DNA of 64,000 bases from Methanotrichaceae archaeon. GTDB lineage: Archaea > Halobacteriota > Methanosarcinia > Methanotrichales > Methanotrichaceae. The notes under the pieces are model-generated. The model was not told the origin of the DNA. It saw only the letters and a program-made list of their open reading frames with translations, and made no database searches. Location of the stretch: positions 32,001 to 96,000 of the forward strand of contig CAVWIG010000015.1 in assembly GCA_963754945.1 (NCBI GenBank), written 5' to 3'. The position numbers and the translations under genes are program-made. Of the stretch, positions 41,947 to 54,142 are shown one piece after another. Numbering within the stretch: position 1 is the first letter of the stretch; every line of letters begins with the position of its first letter.

Positions 41947-42213
41947 GCTGTGTCGCATGATTATTATAGTATTATTTCGTTATTCAAGAATTCATAATTT
42001 ATTTTAACTAATTACTTATATGCTCCTAAGTATATTATACAAAATGAATGCTCTTTTAATCTCGGCGACCATTCCTTCTGGTGAAGATGCCCGAACCGTC
42101 TCACCAAAGATACGCTTGATCGATGAGAAGAAGCCTTCAACTGCCCACCTTCTACCGTACTGATGCATTTGCTTCCAACCCTTGTAGCCCATTTTTTTGA
42201 ATTCCAGAACAGC
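41947..42213 (-). mobile_element. IS5-family remnant (transposase C-terminus 42016-42213 plus end)
   Basis: Manual translation GYKGWKQMHQYGRRWAVEGFFSSIKRIFGE...FILYNIL* (Y-R-E-K motif); putative end catgcgacacagc. Confidence 0.7.
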
Positions 42214-42632
42214 GAAGGCTCAAGGACCTGGAAAGGCAACAGGTCAAACCTGTTGATGTCAAGCTGATTTGGTATGATGAGGAACCCGACCCTGGAGTTG
42301 AGGTTATCAAACTGAGGTGGCTTGATGAGGTCGAGAAAGAGTATTGAGTGCCGATTAGATGTCCTAGAGGAAGGATCAGGAGCCTCCTCCGTCCTGAGCG
42401 GAAAATGAAACCTCTATTGAATATGCTCCGGGAAGAAAGAGCAAACAAACCAATAGGGCCAACAACCAAGATGAGCGCAACGGCTAATTTCCCTCCTAGT
42501 TTTTTGCGATAAATGATCAATCTAATAAGGGTTACGCTGCTCTTTGTTCCTGTCTGTTATCTTTCCTTGCTCTTGCAGTGGCGATATGGTTATATCTCAA
42601 GCACTCGACCTGCAAGCCCCAGGTGAATAGAT

Positions 42633-43415
42633 TTGACAACAATTGAGAAGCTTTTAGGCACGGCTCTACTCCTGGCACTGCTTCTGCCAGCAGCCCTGGC
42701 CTCAAATGATACTCTCTTCCAGACGTCCACCATTAGTGCCCTGATGGTGGGCGACTTCAATGGCACGATGTCCTTCAAGGACCTTAAGAGCCATGGCAAC
42801 TTCGGGGTAGGTACATTCGATAGGCTAGACGGGGAGATGGTAGGCCTCGACGGCCAGTTCTACCAGGTGAGGTCGGATGGACATGCCTATCAAGTGAACG
42901 ACACAGCTACAACTCCCTTTGCCGAGGTGACCTTCTTCAAGCCTGAGGATAACCTCAGCCTGAATGGCACATACAACCTCACTCAAATAGAGAGCTACCT
43001 GGACAGCAAACGCCCTACCAAGAACATCTTCTATGCAATAAGGATCGATGGAACCTTCGATTATGTCAAGACAAGAGCCCCACAGGCCCAGAGCGTACCC
43101 TATCCGACGCTTACTAATGCGCTCAAAACTCAGAAGATCTTCCAGTTCAACAATACCACTGGGACTGTGGTGGGGTTCTGGTGCCCTGAGTATGCCAAGG
43201 ACATAAATGTGGTTGGCTACCACCTGCACTTCCTAAATCAGAATAGATCTGCCGGAGGCCACCTCTTGGACATAAGGCTTCATAAGGCCAAAGTTGCCAT
43301 AGACGACCTGACAGAGCTTGATATGGCATTGCCCACAAATAAAGAGTTCTATCATGCAGACTTGTCGGGAAACCAGCAGGCAGCACTGAAGAAGGTAGAG
43401 AGTAACCCCAAATAG
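42633..43415 (+). CDS. budA: Alpha-acetolactate decarboxylase with signal peptide
   Basis: Q.STI.AL..G, GNFGVGTF..LDGE, TPFA, GYHLHF...GGH. Confidence 0.88.
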   Translation: MTTIEKLLGTALLLALLLPAALASNDTLFQTSTISALMVGDFNGTMSFKDLKSHGNFGVGTFDRLDGEMVGLDGQFYQVRSDGHAYQVNDTATTPFAEVTFFKPEDNLSLNGTYNLTQIESYLDSKRPTKNIFYAIRIDGTFDYVKTRAPQAQSVPYPTLTNALKTQKIFQFNNTTGTVVGFWCPEYAKDINVVGYHLHFLNQNRSAGGHLLDIRLHKAKVAIDDLTELDMALPTNKEFYHADLSGNQQAALKKVESNPK

Positions 43416-43835
43416 ATACTCTACCCAAACTTTTAGAAAGGAAAAAAATAGCTACCTATTGCAAGCACGATAGGTAGATTCCAGAGCCTAAGAACCAGTT
43501 ATCATCCACTTTCATCACGTAAGCGATCTTGAACTCGTCTCGGTTGCCATGAGCTGGGTTTGGAAAAATGAAGTAAGCAAACCCTTTCCCATCCTTGGCT
43601 GTGCTAATCACGTTCTTGAGCATTGGCACGCCGTTGGAGTCGGTCACGTTCAGCTTGTTTTTGCCAATCCAATCGGGCTTAAATGGATGTGCAAGGCAAG
43701 TTCCATTGAAGTCGTAAGCGTAGATGTAGAGCTCTCCGCGGACAAATGAGCCTGTCTTATTGCTAAACTCCTTGAGTGCTTTATCTTTGCCGTTCTTTTG
43801 GGCATAGGCCAGAGCGGATTCAACAAATGAAACTA

Positions 43836-45047
43836 GTGTCGCGTCAGCGATCTAGTGTCGGATAAAGCCGAGATAGTTTAACTCTTGCATCCGTTGTAGT
43901 GAATTGCCAATTTACCTTTGCATTTTTATTATTTCTGAACTCCTGCCATGCCGCTACTTCATCCTTAACAATCTCGATTTTATCGATCCGTCTATCCAGA
44001 CATTGTCCTGTAAGGACATTCAGCTCTATCTCAGCCATATTCAGCCAACTGCCATGTTTAGGCGTGTACACAAATTCAAACCTATCCATTAACGCCTTTG
44101 CCTTATCTGGCGTAAATTTCTCATAAAACGATCCTGCGTTATGTGTGCTGAAATTGTCCATCACCAATGTTATCTTTTCTGCATGTTCGTATTGGGCGGC
44201 GACATCTTCCATAAAGCAAGCCCAATCCAGCGCAGTTTTTCTTTCAGTGACCTTTACCATACGCTTCCCGGCCAACGGTTCGCATGCAATGAAAATATTG
44301 GATAAGCCGCAGCGTTTGTATTCATAGTCGTATTTGGCAGCACGCCATGGAGATACTGCGATAGGTACTCTTGTCTCGGATATCAGCTGTTTTGGAGATT
44401 CGTCCATGCATACAACCGGATGATGTGAATCAAACGGGAGCTTATAGACATCCAATACCATTTCCATATTTGCAACGAACCTACCGTTTTGATTTGGTGG
44501 AATTACCCATCCTTTGCGTTGCCACGGCTTGATCTCGTTTTTTTAAAATTTGGCGCACGGCTTCATGAGAAATGCTGTCGATGTACTTTAGTTCGACGAC
44601 CTTATCGGCCAAAAGCCTCAAAGACCACCGCGCAAAACCATCTGGTGGTTCGCTGCAACTCAATGCAATTAAATGGGCTTCAAAATCTCCATCGGTCTTC
44701 TTGGCATAGATGCGGGTTCCCAATCTTTTTTCAAGAGCTGAATCAAGACCTCCCTCTACAAATCGCTTTTTTACACGGTCTATCTTTCTCATGCTTATAT
44801 TGAGCACACGGGCGATTTCTTCATTCGTTGAGCCCTCTGTTTGGTACTCGCCTTCATCACACCCGAGCAAAATTAATGCATTAAGAATCTTCTGTGATTT
44901 TTGCTTTCCCTTGACTGTAAGGTCGCTAAGAGCTTTGCGCTCGTCCTCAGTAAGCGTTACGATATATTTCTTCATTGCTATTACCCCAAGTTGGATATGA
45001 AGATAATATATCTTAAACTTTATGTCACTTCAATATTGACGCGACAC
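43836..45047 (-). mobile_element. IS630-family element, copy A, TA duplication in ACTAGT
   Basis: TIR gtgtcgcgtca; TA at 43834-43835 and 45048-45049. Confidence 0.92.
43844..44975 (-). CDS. IS630 transposase encoded as orfA (44481-44975) and orfB (43844-44467), probable programmed -1 frameshift
   Basis: HTH RWSLRLL; CMDE, VMDN, TPKHGSWLNMAE; A-run ttttaaaaaaac at the junction in both copies. Confidence 0.88.
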
Positions 45048-48000
45048 TAGTTCTGTCTTGTTGAATGCGGCACTTAATGATGCATTCGCCACGGTGTGGG
45101 ATTCTTCTTTTGCCAAAGCTGACTGGGTTACAAAAATAGTTGCACTCAACAGGAAGATTAATGGTATTAGCGTAATCCAATTCTTCATATCAACCGACTG
45201 TATTTGATGTTGTAATTAAAGAAAACGGTCGAGGAGTTAGCTGTTTTTAGATCAAAGGTGCGGTTCTTTACCAGTAAAAATCAAGAACGAAAATTTACCG
45301 CGAGCGATTTCCACGCGTGGGGGATGAGAACCCCGCATGAATCCTTCCACGTTTTTGCAACTATTCCCGCCAAATCAATTGGTATATATCATAATAAGCC
45401 CCTTCTGGCAAACCAGAACCAGGTCTGCTTTTGGATGGCTATACTACAGAATACGAATTGCGAGCATGTAATAGGACGAAAGAGTAACAGAGTGATGGGA
45501 AGATGGAATCTGCCATGAGGCGAACCGGAATCGATGTTATCGGTGAAGTTCCCTGGGGAACTCATTTCTGCCAATTCTACGAGTCCAGTCAGGACCTGAT
45601 AGAGTTACTTGTGCCGTATTTCAAGGAAGGCTTGGCCGCAAACGAATTCTGCATGTGGGTGACCTCAGAGCCTCTACAGGTCGATCAGGCGACTGCTGCC
45701 TTGCGTGCTGCAGTCCCGAACCTTGATGATTACATCGACAAAGGCCAGATTGAGATCCTCGATTACAGCCAATGGTACACACGATCGGGAAAGTTCTCGG
45801 CAGACGAGGTGCTTCTGGGTTGGGTTGAAAAACTGAAAGCAGCTCAAGAACAGGGATACGAAGGCTTACGGCTGACCGGGAATACATTTTGGCTAGAGAA
45901 GGCAGATTGGGACGACTTCACACGGTACGAGGAGACTGTCAATAGCGTCATCGGCCGGTATCCAATGCTCGCCATCTGCACTTACTCCCTTCAAAAATGC
46001 AATGCTGTAGAGCTTCTCGATGTAGTCGCCAACCATCAGTTCGCCATGATCAAGCGTTCTGGCCGGTGGGAAATCATCGAGAGTGCCCAACACAAGCGAA
46101 CCGGAATTGCTCTGCAGAAAAGCGAGGACCGTTTTGCAACTATCCTGGCTAGCATTGGCGACGCGGTCATCACCACCAATATCGAAGGTAAAATCACCTT
46201 CATGAACGGTGTGGCGGAAAAATTGACTGGCTGGAAGTTTGACGATGCCTCGATGTTGCCTGCTAAGACAGTTTTCAACATTATCAATGAGTACACCCGC
46301 AGAGAGGTCGATGACCCTATCACTAAGGTTCTCGATAACGGAACGATTGTCGGCCTTGCAAACCACACTATTTTGATTCAGAGGGATGGATCAGAAGTCG
46401 CTATAGATGACAGCGGTGCGCCGATAAGGGACCGAAGTGGAGACGTCATGGGGGTCGTCCTTGTCTTTCGCGATATCACCGAGCACAAGCGAGTGGAAGA
46501 TGAATTGAGTGCGGCTAAGGACCGCATGGCCGAAGACCTGGATGTCATGGCCCGACTTCATAAGATAAGCGAAAGATTTGTTGGCCAAGGCGATTTACAA
46601 GAAATACTTGATGAGATTGTCGAAACGGCAATCGCCATCACTCACGCTGACATGGGGAACATACAGCTTTTTGATGCGAGTTCGGGCAGTCTACAGATCA
46701 TGGCAAACCACGGCTTCGAGCAGCCGTTCCTGGACTATTGGAATTCGGTTCACAAAGGCCAGGGGGCCTGCGGCACGGCTTTAGGACGAGGGGAGAGGGT
46801 AATCGTCGAGGATGTCACAAAAAGTCCCATATTTGTTGGCTCTCCAGCTCTGCAGGTCCAGTTGGATGCAGGCGTGCGAGCGGTCCAGGCCACCCCGTTA
46901 TTAAACCGCTCCGGCAATCCGCTGGGGATGCTCTCCACTCACTATCGAACCCCGCGCCGACCAGATGAGCCGGATCTGCAGCGTCTGGACCTGCTGACCC
47001 GCCTGACAGCAGACATCATCGAACGATCGCAGGCCGAGGAGGAGCAGGCGAGGCTTGCGTCCTTCCCTAAACTCAACCCGAATCCCATTATCGAGGTTGA
47101 CAGGGCCGGAAAGGTGCAGTTCCTTAACCCTGCCGCTCAACAGTTATTCCCCGACCTCCAAAAAAGCGAAGGTCGTCATCCTTTGCTGGCCGATTGGGAG
47201 GCTGTGATGCTTGCGTTTTCAGATGACGAAACAAGAACGTATGTACGGGACATATCCGTTGGAGAGAGATGGTACCAGCAGGCAATGTACTCCTTGCGCG
47301 GTAAAGGGAATATCCGCACCTATGGCCTGGACATCACTGAACGCAAACAGGCGGAAATAAGACTGCAAGAAGCTAATGAAGAGCAGGAAGTCATCTCCGA
47401 GGAATTACGTCAGCAGAACGATGAACTCATCCGCTCTCAATCAGCGCTGCATGAGAGCGAGGAGCGTTTCCGTTTGATGATAGAAAGCGTCAAGGATTAT
47501 GCCATCTTCATGCTTGATCCAGAAGGTAGGGTTGTAACTTGGAATGAGGGTGCTGAACGCCTCAAAGGATACAAGCCTGAAGAGATCATAGGCCAAGACA
47601 TTTCCATTTTTTATACTCCGGAAGACGTTGTCCAGAACAAACCTTATGCGCTATTGGATGCCGCCATTTCCCAAGAGCATGCTGAGGAAGATGGATGGCG
47701 TGTTCGCAAGGATGGTTCCCGTTTCTGGGCTAGCGTAGATATCACAGCCTTGCGTGATAAGCAGGGAAAACTGCGTGGCTTTGTCAAAGTCATCCGCGAC
47801 ATTACCGAACACAAACGGATGGATGAAGCGCTGCGTGAGGCAAAGGACTATCTTGAGAGCCTGATCAATTATGCCAATGCACCAATTATTGTATGGGACA
47901 CGTCATTCAATATCACTAGATTCAACCACGCATTCGAAAAGCTGACAGGTCTGTATGCGCGGGATGTTCTCAGCAAGCCTTTGGAGATACTTTTCCCTGA

Positions 48001-48222
48001 TGTGGACAAGGATAATTCTTTAGCGCTCATAAGACGTACTAACTCTGGAGAACGCTGGGAAGTAGTTGAAATACCGATCCTCAGGACTGACGGGTCTGTC
48101 CGCACAGTACTTTGGAACTCAGCAAATATTTACGGCAAAGACGGAGCTACCCCTGTCGCAACCATCGCCCAAGGTCAGGACATTACCGAGCGGAAGCTTG
48201 CTGAAGAGGAGCTTCGCAAATC

Positions 48223-49646
48223 GTATGTGTTTAGCTCCCACGTGAATTAATCCAAAATTGCCTAACCCATTTTGACCAGAAAAATTAAATAATATAATGA
48301 TAATAATCCTCAAATGGGATTATGGACGAAGGAGAGATCAATAAGCAACTTCGGGAACAGAATGAGCTTTTAAAGCGTGAGAATGAGTTGCTTAAGGCAA
48401 AAATACGAGAACTTGAGGCTCGACTAGTTCAATATGAGAATGCACATACTCCACCAAGTCTAAGACGAGGGCGGAATCAAAGAATAAGTCAGGATAAGAA
48501 CCTCAAGGGAAATCCCGGTCAAAAGAGTGGGCACAAAGGTTTAGCGAGACCTTATGCGACTCCAGATAAGCAAGTGGAAGTTACAATGGATCTGTGCCCA
48601 GATTGCGGAGCAGAACTTGGCCTTCCTTTTCGAATTGATTCGAAGATTATTGAAGAAATTCCGGAACCTCAACCTATCACCGTCACTGAATACAAAATCG
48701 CGCATTACAGATGTCCCTGCTGCCAAAAAGAAGTTGTTGCAGGCAATTCTGACTGCCCACACGAAGGTAAATTTGGTAAAAACATAATCTCACTGGCGAC
48801 ACTATTCAGATACGAAGATAGACTGCCTCACAGAAAAATCCGAGACGCTCTGAAGAGACTGTATGGGCTGAAAATAAGTCCTGCTACGATACTTGATTTA
48901 ACCCGGCGCGCTGCTGATGCCGTTAGATCTGAATACGATGCGATTTTAAACAAAATTCGAGATGCTCCGATTCTCTACGTAGACGAAACGTCAATCCACG
49001 TCCAGGGAGAAAAACACTGGATCTGGACATTTACCACACAATCTGAGACATTTTTCGTGATTCGAAAGAGCCGAGGCATGAAGGTTCTGACGGAAGTTCT
49101 GACACGGAGATTCAAGGGAATAATCGTATGCGATGGGTGGAAACCTTATGCTAAATTCACAAATCGCTTGCAACGATGTTGGGCCCATCTACTTCGAGAA
49201 TCGAAAGACCTTGCCGAGAAGTTCGAGGAAGCGATTCCGTTGCATGAAGCGCTAAAAACGCTTTATGAATCATTGACTAAAGCTCTGGAAAGTGATCCTC
49301 CACCAGAAATCCGAGCGGATTTATGGCATTCGGCACGAGAAGCGCTAAAGCAATGGATCATGAAAGAGTATCCTCTAGAAATAATCCAAAAATTCATCGG
49401 TAAAATTAGCAACGGATTCAATTACTGGTTCACGTTTATCATTAATCCGGGCGTAGAGCCGACCAATAATAGAGCAGAGAGAGCGTTGCGACCCCATGTC
49501 GTTTTGAGAAAGATCTTGGGCACGCTGCGCAATGAAAAAGGGACATCGATTCACGAGCGAATCATGACGGTGCTGGCAACCTGGGGACAGAAAGATCTGG
49601 ATTGTCTCCAAATGCTAACGGCAAAGCTAACCAGCTAAACACATAC
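48223..49646 (+). mobile_element. IS66-family (single-ORF, ISBst12-like) element with 8-bp TSD cgcaaatc
   Basis: TIR gtatgtgtttagct / agctaaacacatac; TSD at 48215-48222 and 49647-49654. Confidence 0.95.
48322..49638 (+). CDS. IS66-family transposase
   Basis: TPPS, CPDC/CPCC zinc finger, VDET, CDG, QRCWAHL.R, TNNRAERALR. Confidence 0.93.
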   Translation: MDEGEINKQLREQNELLKRENELLKAKIRELEARLVQYENAHTPPSLRRGRNQRISQDKNLKGNPGQKSGHKGLARPYATPDKQVEVTMDLCPDCGAELGLPFRIDSKIIEEIPEPQPITVTEYKIAHYRCPCCQKEVVAGNSDCPHEGKFGKNIISLATLFRYEDRLPHRKIRDALKRLYGLKISPATILDLTRRAADAVRSEYDAILNKIRDAPILYVDETSIHVQGEKHWIWTFTTQSETFFVIRKSRGMKVLTEVLTRRFKGIIVCDGWKPYAKFTNRLQRCWAHLLRESKDLAEKFEEAIPLHEALKTLYESLTKALESDPPPEIRADLWHSAREALKQWIMKEYPLEIIQKFIGKISNGFNYWFTFIINPGVEPTNNRAERALRPHVVLRKILGTLRNEKGTSIHERIMTVLATWGQKDLDCLQMLTAKLTS

Positions 49647-51109
49647 CGCAAATCTAAAGATGAGCTTGAACAAAAGGTCCAAAAGAGAACCGCCGAGCTA
49701 TCTGATGCGAAAGATAACCTCGAAACGATCAATGAAGAGTTGCAGATGGAAATTTCAGCGCATGAGAAGACTGAGAGAGATCTCCTGAAGGCTAAAGAGG
49801 CGGCCGAAGAGTCCGCCAATGCCAAAGGCGCATTCCTGGCCAACATGTCTCACGAGCTTCGCACTCCCATGAATGCCGTACTCGGCTTCTCGAGCCTCCT
49901 TCTGGATGACTCCCTGACTCAGGAGCAGAAGGAGTACATCGAAGGTATCAGGAAAGGTGGTGAGGCTCTCCTTTCCCTGATTAACGATATCCTGGACTTT
50001 TCCAAGGCTGAAAAGGACAAGATAGAGTTAGAGCGTCAACCGCTCAGTCTAAAGCATCTGATCGATGAATCCCTGGATTTGGTCGCAACTCAAGCAAGCA
50101 AAAAAGGGCTGAACCTGTCCGAGACGATCAACTACGGCACGCCAGACACCATCATCGGAGATCATGGGAGGCTCAGGCAGATCTTAGTCAACCTGCTCAG
50201 CAATGCAGTCAAGTTCACCGACAAAGGTAACGTATCCGTGTCGATCTCATCCAAGGCCGTCGAAGATGACAGGCACCAGATATTCTTCGAGGTCAAGGAC
50301 ACCGGGATTGGCATACCTCAGGACAGGATAAATGGACTCTTCGAGCCGTTTGTCCAGGTTGAACGCACATTAAGTCGCAAACGTGATGGTGTTGGTCTTG
50401 GCCTCGCTATAACCAAGAGGCTAGTGGAACTCATGGGAGGAAGGATCTGGGTTGAGAGTAAACAGGGCAAGGGCACGACTTTCCACTTTATGATTCCGGC
50501 TGAGACCATTCCAGGCAAACAGTTGGATTTCGGAAGGATGGATAGCGGAATCGCTTCAGAATGCTTACTAGGGCTGAAGCCCATGCGCATACTCGTAGCT
50601 GAAGATAACCCTTCGAACCAGAGGGTGCTTGTCGAGATGCTGAAAAGATTGGGCTACAGGGCTGACGCTGTGGCAGACGGCAGTGAAGTTATCCAGGCCC
50701 TTGAACGTCAGGATTACGATTTGGTGCTGATGGATATCAGGATGCCTGAGATGGATGGGGTCACAGCTACTAAGGTCATACGCAAACTGCGGCCCGAGAA
50801 CGTGCCTAAGATCATTGCTATCACAGCTTTTGCTCTTGAGGGCGATCGTGAGATGTGTCTTGAAGCTGGCATGGACGATTATATTGCAAAGCCAGTGCAA
50901 ATGAGAGAACTGGCCGAAACGCTGAAGAGATGTGCCCTGAAGATCCAGTAAGAAGTAGCATAGGTATGTACAACCTGTGACCATTCACCCTATTTTTCGT
51001 TATTCTCCGGACCATTGATATTTTTATAAATACGTTTCATAGCTCGATCCCCAGTTGCATTTGCAGTATATATTCCATATCCTAAGAATCGCTATGCTCT
51101 GGCACAATC

Positions 51110-52380
51110 GGCAGTGTAACGATTTTTCTGTACTTTGATAATAAGAATGATTATCGGCCCTGTATCCTATCCAATCTTGAGAAAAGGAGGACACAGGACC
51201 ATGATACCCATAGCACTCTTGGAAGATTACCTTATCGATCAGGAAGATGGACTAAAGAAGCTTCTGACCTGGTTCTTGAACCTTGTAATGCAGCTAGAAG
51301 CGGCGCAACAGGCAGATGCAGAACCGTATCAGAGAGTCGAATCCCGAAAGGCACATAGGAATGGCTACAAGGAAAGATCTCTGAAGACGCGAGTTGGAGA
51401 GCTCCGACTCAAGAAACCTCAATTCCGTGAAATTTCCTTCGAAACCAAGGTGTTCGACAGATTTTCGCGCGTAGAGAAGGCTTTGGTCAACGCTGTACTC
51501 GAATCGTATCTCCAGGGGGTTTCAACCAGGAGAATCCAAGATATTGTCTCTCGATTTGGCATCGAGAATTTATCTGCCTCTAGCGTTTCCAGGATATCCA
51601 AAGAGCTTGACGAGAAGGTAGAAGAATTCCTGAAGAAACCTATCGAACGTCCTATTCCTTATCTTTATGTAGATGCAAGCTACTTCAAAGTAAGAACAGA
51701 ATCAAGATATGTTACCAAAGCTTTCATGATCGTCACAGGTGTTAGAGATGACGGTTATCGCGAGATACTTGGCGCAAGAATAGCTGACAGTGAAGATGAA
51801 CTCTTCTGGTCGGGATTATTTCAAGATCTGGCGGATCGTGGGTTGTCCGGAGTAAAGCTCGTGATATCAGATGGTCATAAGGGAATCCAGAAAGCGGTTG
51901 AGAAATCATTTCTTGGTGCTTCATGGCAAATGTGTCACGTTCACTTTTCAAGAGCGGTCTTGAGAAACGTTGCCAAGAAGTATCATAAGGAGATCGCCGA
52001 TAAGATCAAGATCGCTCTGGAAGACGAAATCAAGATACAGGACTTAGCGAAAGAATTGAGGGAAAGAGGTTATGCGAAATCTGCTGACACTATCGACCGC
52101 TTCAGATTCAGTCTGTGGAATTACAGGGCATTCCCCAGAGGTCACTGGAGAAGGATTCGGACTACAAACGGGCTGGAGAGGATCAACAAGGAGCTGAAAA
52201 GAAGATCCAGGGTAGTCGGTGCCTTCCCAAGTGAGAGCTCGTTCATGAGGTTAGGGGTTTCGATCCTCATCGATATCAACGAAGAATGGCTGACCGCTAA
52301 AAAGTATTTATCTATGGATGCTGATTGAGTATGTTGGGATACAGGGCAACTCCAAATTACAGAAATCTCGGCACACTACC
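51110..52380 (+). mobile_element. IS256-family element, copy 3 (1271 bp), non-matching flanks
   Basis: Same ends and identical protein as copies 1 and 2; flanks gcacaatc and ctgctgtc. Confidence 0.95.
51201..52328 (+). CDS. IS256-family transposase
   Basis: Identical translation to copy 1. Confidence 0.95.
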   Translation: MIPIALLEDYLIDQEDGLKKLLTWFLNLVMQLEAAQQADAEPYQRVESRKAHRNGYKERSLKTRVGELRLKKPQFREISFETKVFDRFSRVEKALVNAVLESYLQGVSTRRIQDIVSRFGIENLSASSVSRISKELDEKVEEFLKKPIERPIPYLYVDASYFKVRTESRYVTKAFMIVTGVRDDGYREILGARIADSEDELFWSGLFQDLADRGLSGVKLVISDGHKGIQKAVEKSFLGASWQMCHVHFSRAVLRNVAKKYHKEIADKIKIALEDEIKIQDLAKELRERGYAKSADTIDRFRFSLWNYRAFPRGHWRRIRTTNGLERINKELKRRSRVVGAFPSESSFMRLGVSILIDINEEWLTAKKYLSMDAD

Positions 52381-52516
52381 CTGCTGTCAATTAAATATCT
52401 TTTGATTTGTGTGTATTGCAGCTTCTGCGGAATCTTATAAGCATCTTCTCGAAGGTTTCTTCTACATCAGTTTTTGGCTGCAGAGGATGAAACTACGCAT
52501 GAGGTTACCCTGTAAT

Positions 52517-53149
52517 TTAGACTTTTTCGGCCTCTACTTCCAACCTCATCATTCTAACATGGACTTGCCCATTACTATCTAGCGGATGAGCAGATATGTA
52601 GCCCTCAGCTATCTCATGGATAAAATCATGCTGAAGCTCATCTGGTATCCTTTCAATATACGGTAACCATGTACTTCCTATCCAGGATGCAAGACCTTCT
52701 AGGCCGGGCTGGACCATATCCTTTGGAATTAATTCAACTCTTGCAGCCCTTAATCCTGCTTGATCTAGCCAGCGTTCATACTCTTCAGGTCCAAAAAAAG
52801 CGTATTGAAATGCAAAATCCTTGAAGTAACTGGCCCATTTCTTTCTGGAAATCAGGTTTTCTATGACTTTCAAAATCTCGGATGCATTACCTCGGCCTCC
52901 AAATTGAATAAAGAGCTCGCCATCTGATTTGAGACTGCGTTTTATCCCTCCAAGGACAAGTTTATGATCCGGAACCCAGTGTAGACAAGCGAAAGAGACA
53001 ACAAGGTCGAACTCGTCCACGTATTTTAAATCAGAAGCATCTCCATACTGGAAGGATAGATTGGGCCAACTTGATTGGGGAAACTTACCTTGGGCGAAGG
53101 TTATCATCTCTATCGAGTTATCGATACCGACAACCGATCCTTCAGGCAC
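52517..53149 (-). pseudogene. Tam-like class I SAM methyltransferase lacking its N-terminus
   Basis: VVGID.S..M, FDLVVS.ACLHW present; motif I (DxGxG) and the upstream coding region absent. Confidence 0.7.
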
Positions 53150-53452
53150 GAGTTATGCATTGCATCATCCCATGGTACATAGAATAACCCCAAAGATAAG
53201 CATGATCCTTGATGATCGCGAATGATCCGACCAAATTGTCCTATCAGACGTCGTTGAGTACTCGGCAGAAACAGCCTCTGGTGTTTTCATCCTCTTATAT
53301 GGGAAGATAGTGTAGATGCTGTGGACTTGACCGTCTTTACGACCAATCTGGGCAATTACTCTCTCTTCAATTTTTAGAATCTTTGGAAATACAAAATGAT
53401 CGAATCATGAGTGTTTTATAAAGGAACAGTATAAGCTTATTTGGGTGATAAT

Positions 53453-54142
53453 TTGCACATTCCAGACGGTTACCTCGGACCATATACTTATGTTACGCTT
53501 TACTTGGTCATGATTCCCATCTGGTTGTACGCTGGACACAAAATGAGAAGAGAACTCAGGTCCAGGCAGGTGCCCCTTCTGGCATTTTCTGGAGCATTCG
53601 CCTTTGTAATTATGATGTTCAACGTGCCAGTTCCCGGAGGCAGTACGGGACATGCTGTAGGAGGAGCGATAATAGGAATAATCTTAGGGCCTTGGGCTGC
53701 CGTCATTTCCATTTCAGTAACGCTTGTCCTTCAGGCTTTGATCTTCGGCGACGGTGGAATTACAACGATCGGCGCCAACTGCTTCAACATGGCAGTAGTG
53801 ATTCCATTTGCAGCATATTATAGCTATAGACTCATCAGCGGGACCTCGGACTTAAACTCGTCTAGGAGACTAATTGCAGCTGCTATTGCAGGTTATCTTT
53901 CTCTTTCTCTGGCGGCAGGAGTTACAGGCTTCGAACTCGGATTACAACCGATACTGGAACACGATGCAAATGGCACGCCGCTGTACATGCCCTACGGGCT
54001 TAATGTGACCATTCCGGCAATGCTTTTGGAGAACATGTTATTCTTTGGATTCGTCGAGGCACTGGTAACCGCTTTGATCTTTGCCTACATCAGGAAGACT
54101 GACCCAAGCTTGCTAACAGAAAAAAGCTCTAAAACTGTTTAG
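53453..54142 (+). CDS. cbiM: Ni/Co ECF transporter S component (NikM/CbiM), TTG start
   Basis: (M)HIPDGYL, GSTGHAVG, LQALIFGDGG...GAN; the family requires N-terminal Met-His, so TTG 53453 is the likely start. Confidence 0.88.
   Translation: MHIPDGYLGPYTYVTLYLVMIPIWLYAGHKMRRELRSRQVPLLAFSGAFAFVIMMFNVPVPGGSTGHAVGGAIIGIILGPWAAVISISVTLVLQALIFGDGGITTIGANCFNMAVVIPFAAYYSYRLISGTSDLNSSRRLIAAAIAGYLSLSLAAGVTGFELGLQPILEHDANGTPLYMPYGLNVTIPAMLLENMLFFGFVEALVTALIFAYIRKTDPSLLTEKSSKTV

Larger units (their letters stand above)
43456..45188 (-). pseudogene. Secreted Cache-domain protein interrupted by IS630
   Basis: N-terminus MKNWITLIPLIFLL at 45188; removing the IS restores KTELVSFVESALAYAQKNGKDKALKEF...GELYIYAYD...AHP...D.NG...YFIFPNP...GSGIY. 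Confidence 0.8.
45503..50951 (+). pseudogene. Hybrid sensor histidine kinase (MEDS-PAS-GAF-PAS-PAS-PAS-HisKA-HATPase-REC) split by IS66
   Basis: WGTHFCQFY (MEDS), PAS/PAC motifs, MSHELRTP, NAVKFT, DTGIG, GLGL, REC LMDI.MP; removing the IS restores ELRKSKDELE. Confidence 0.9.
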
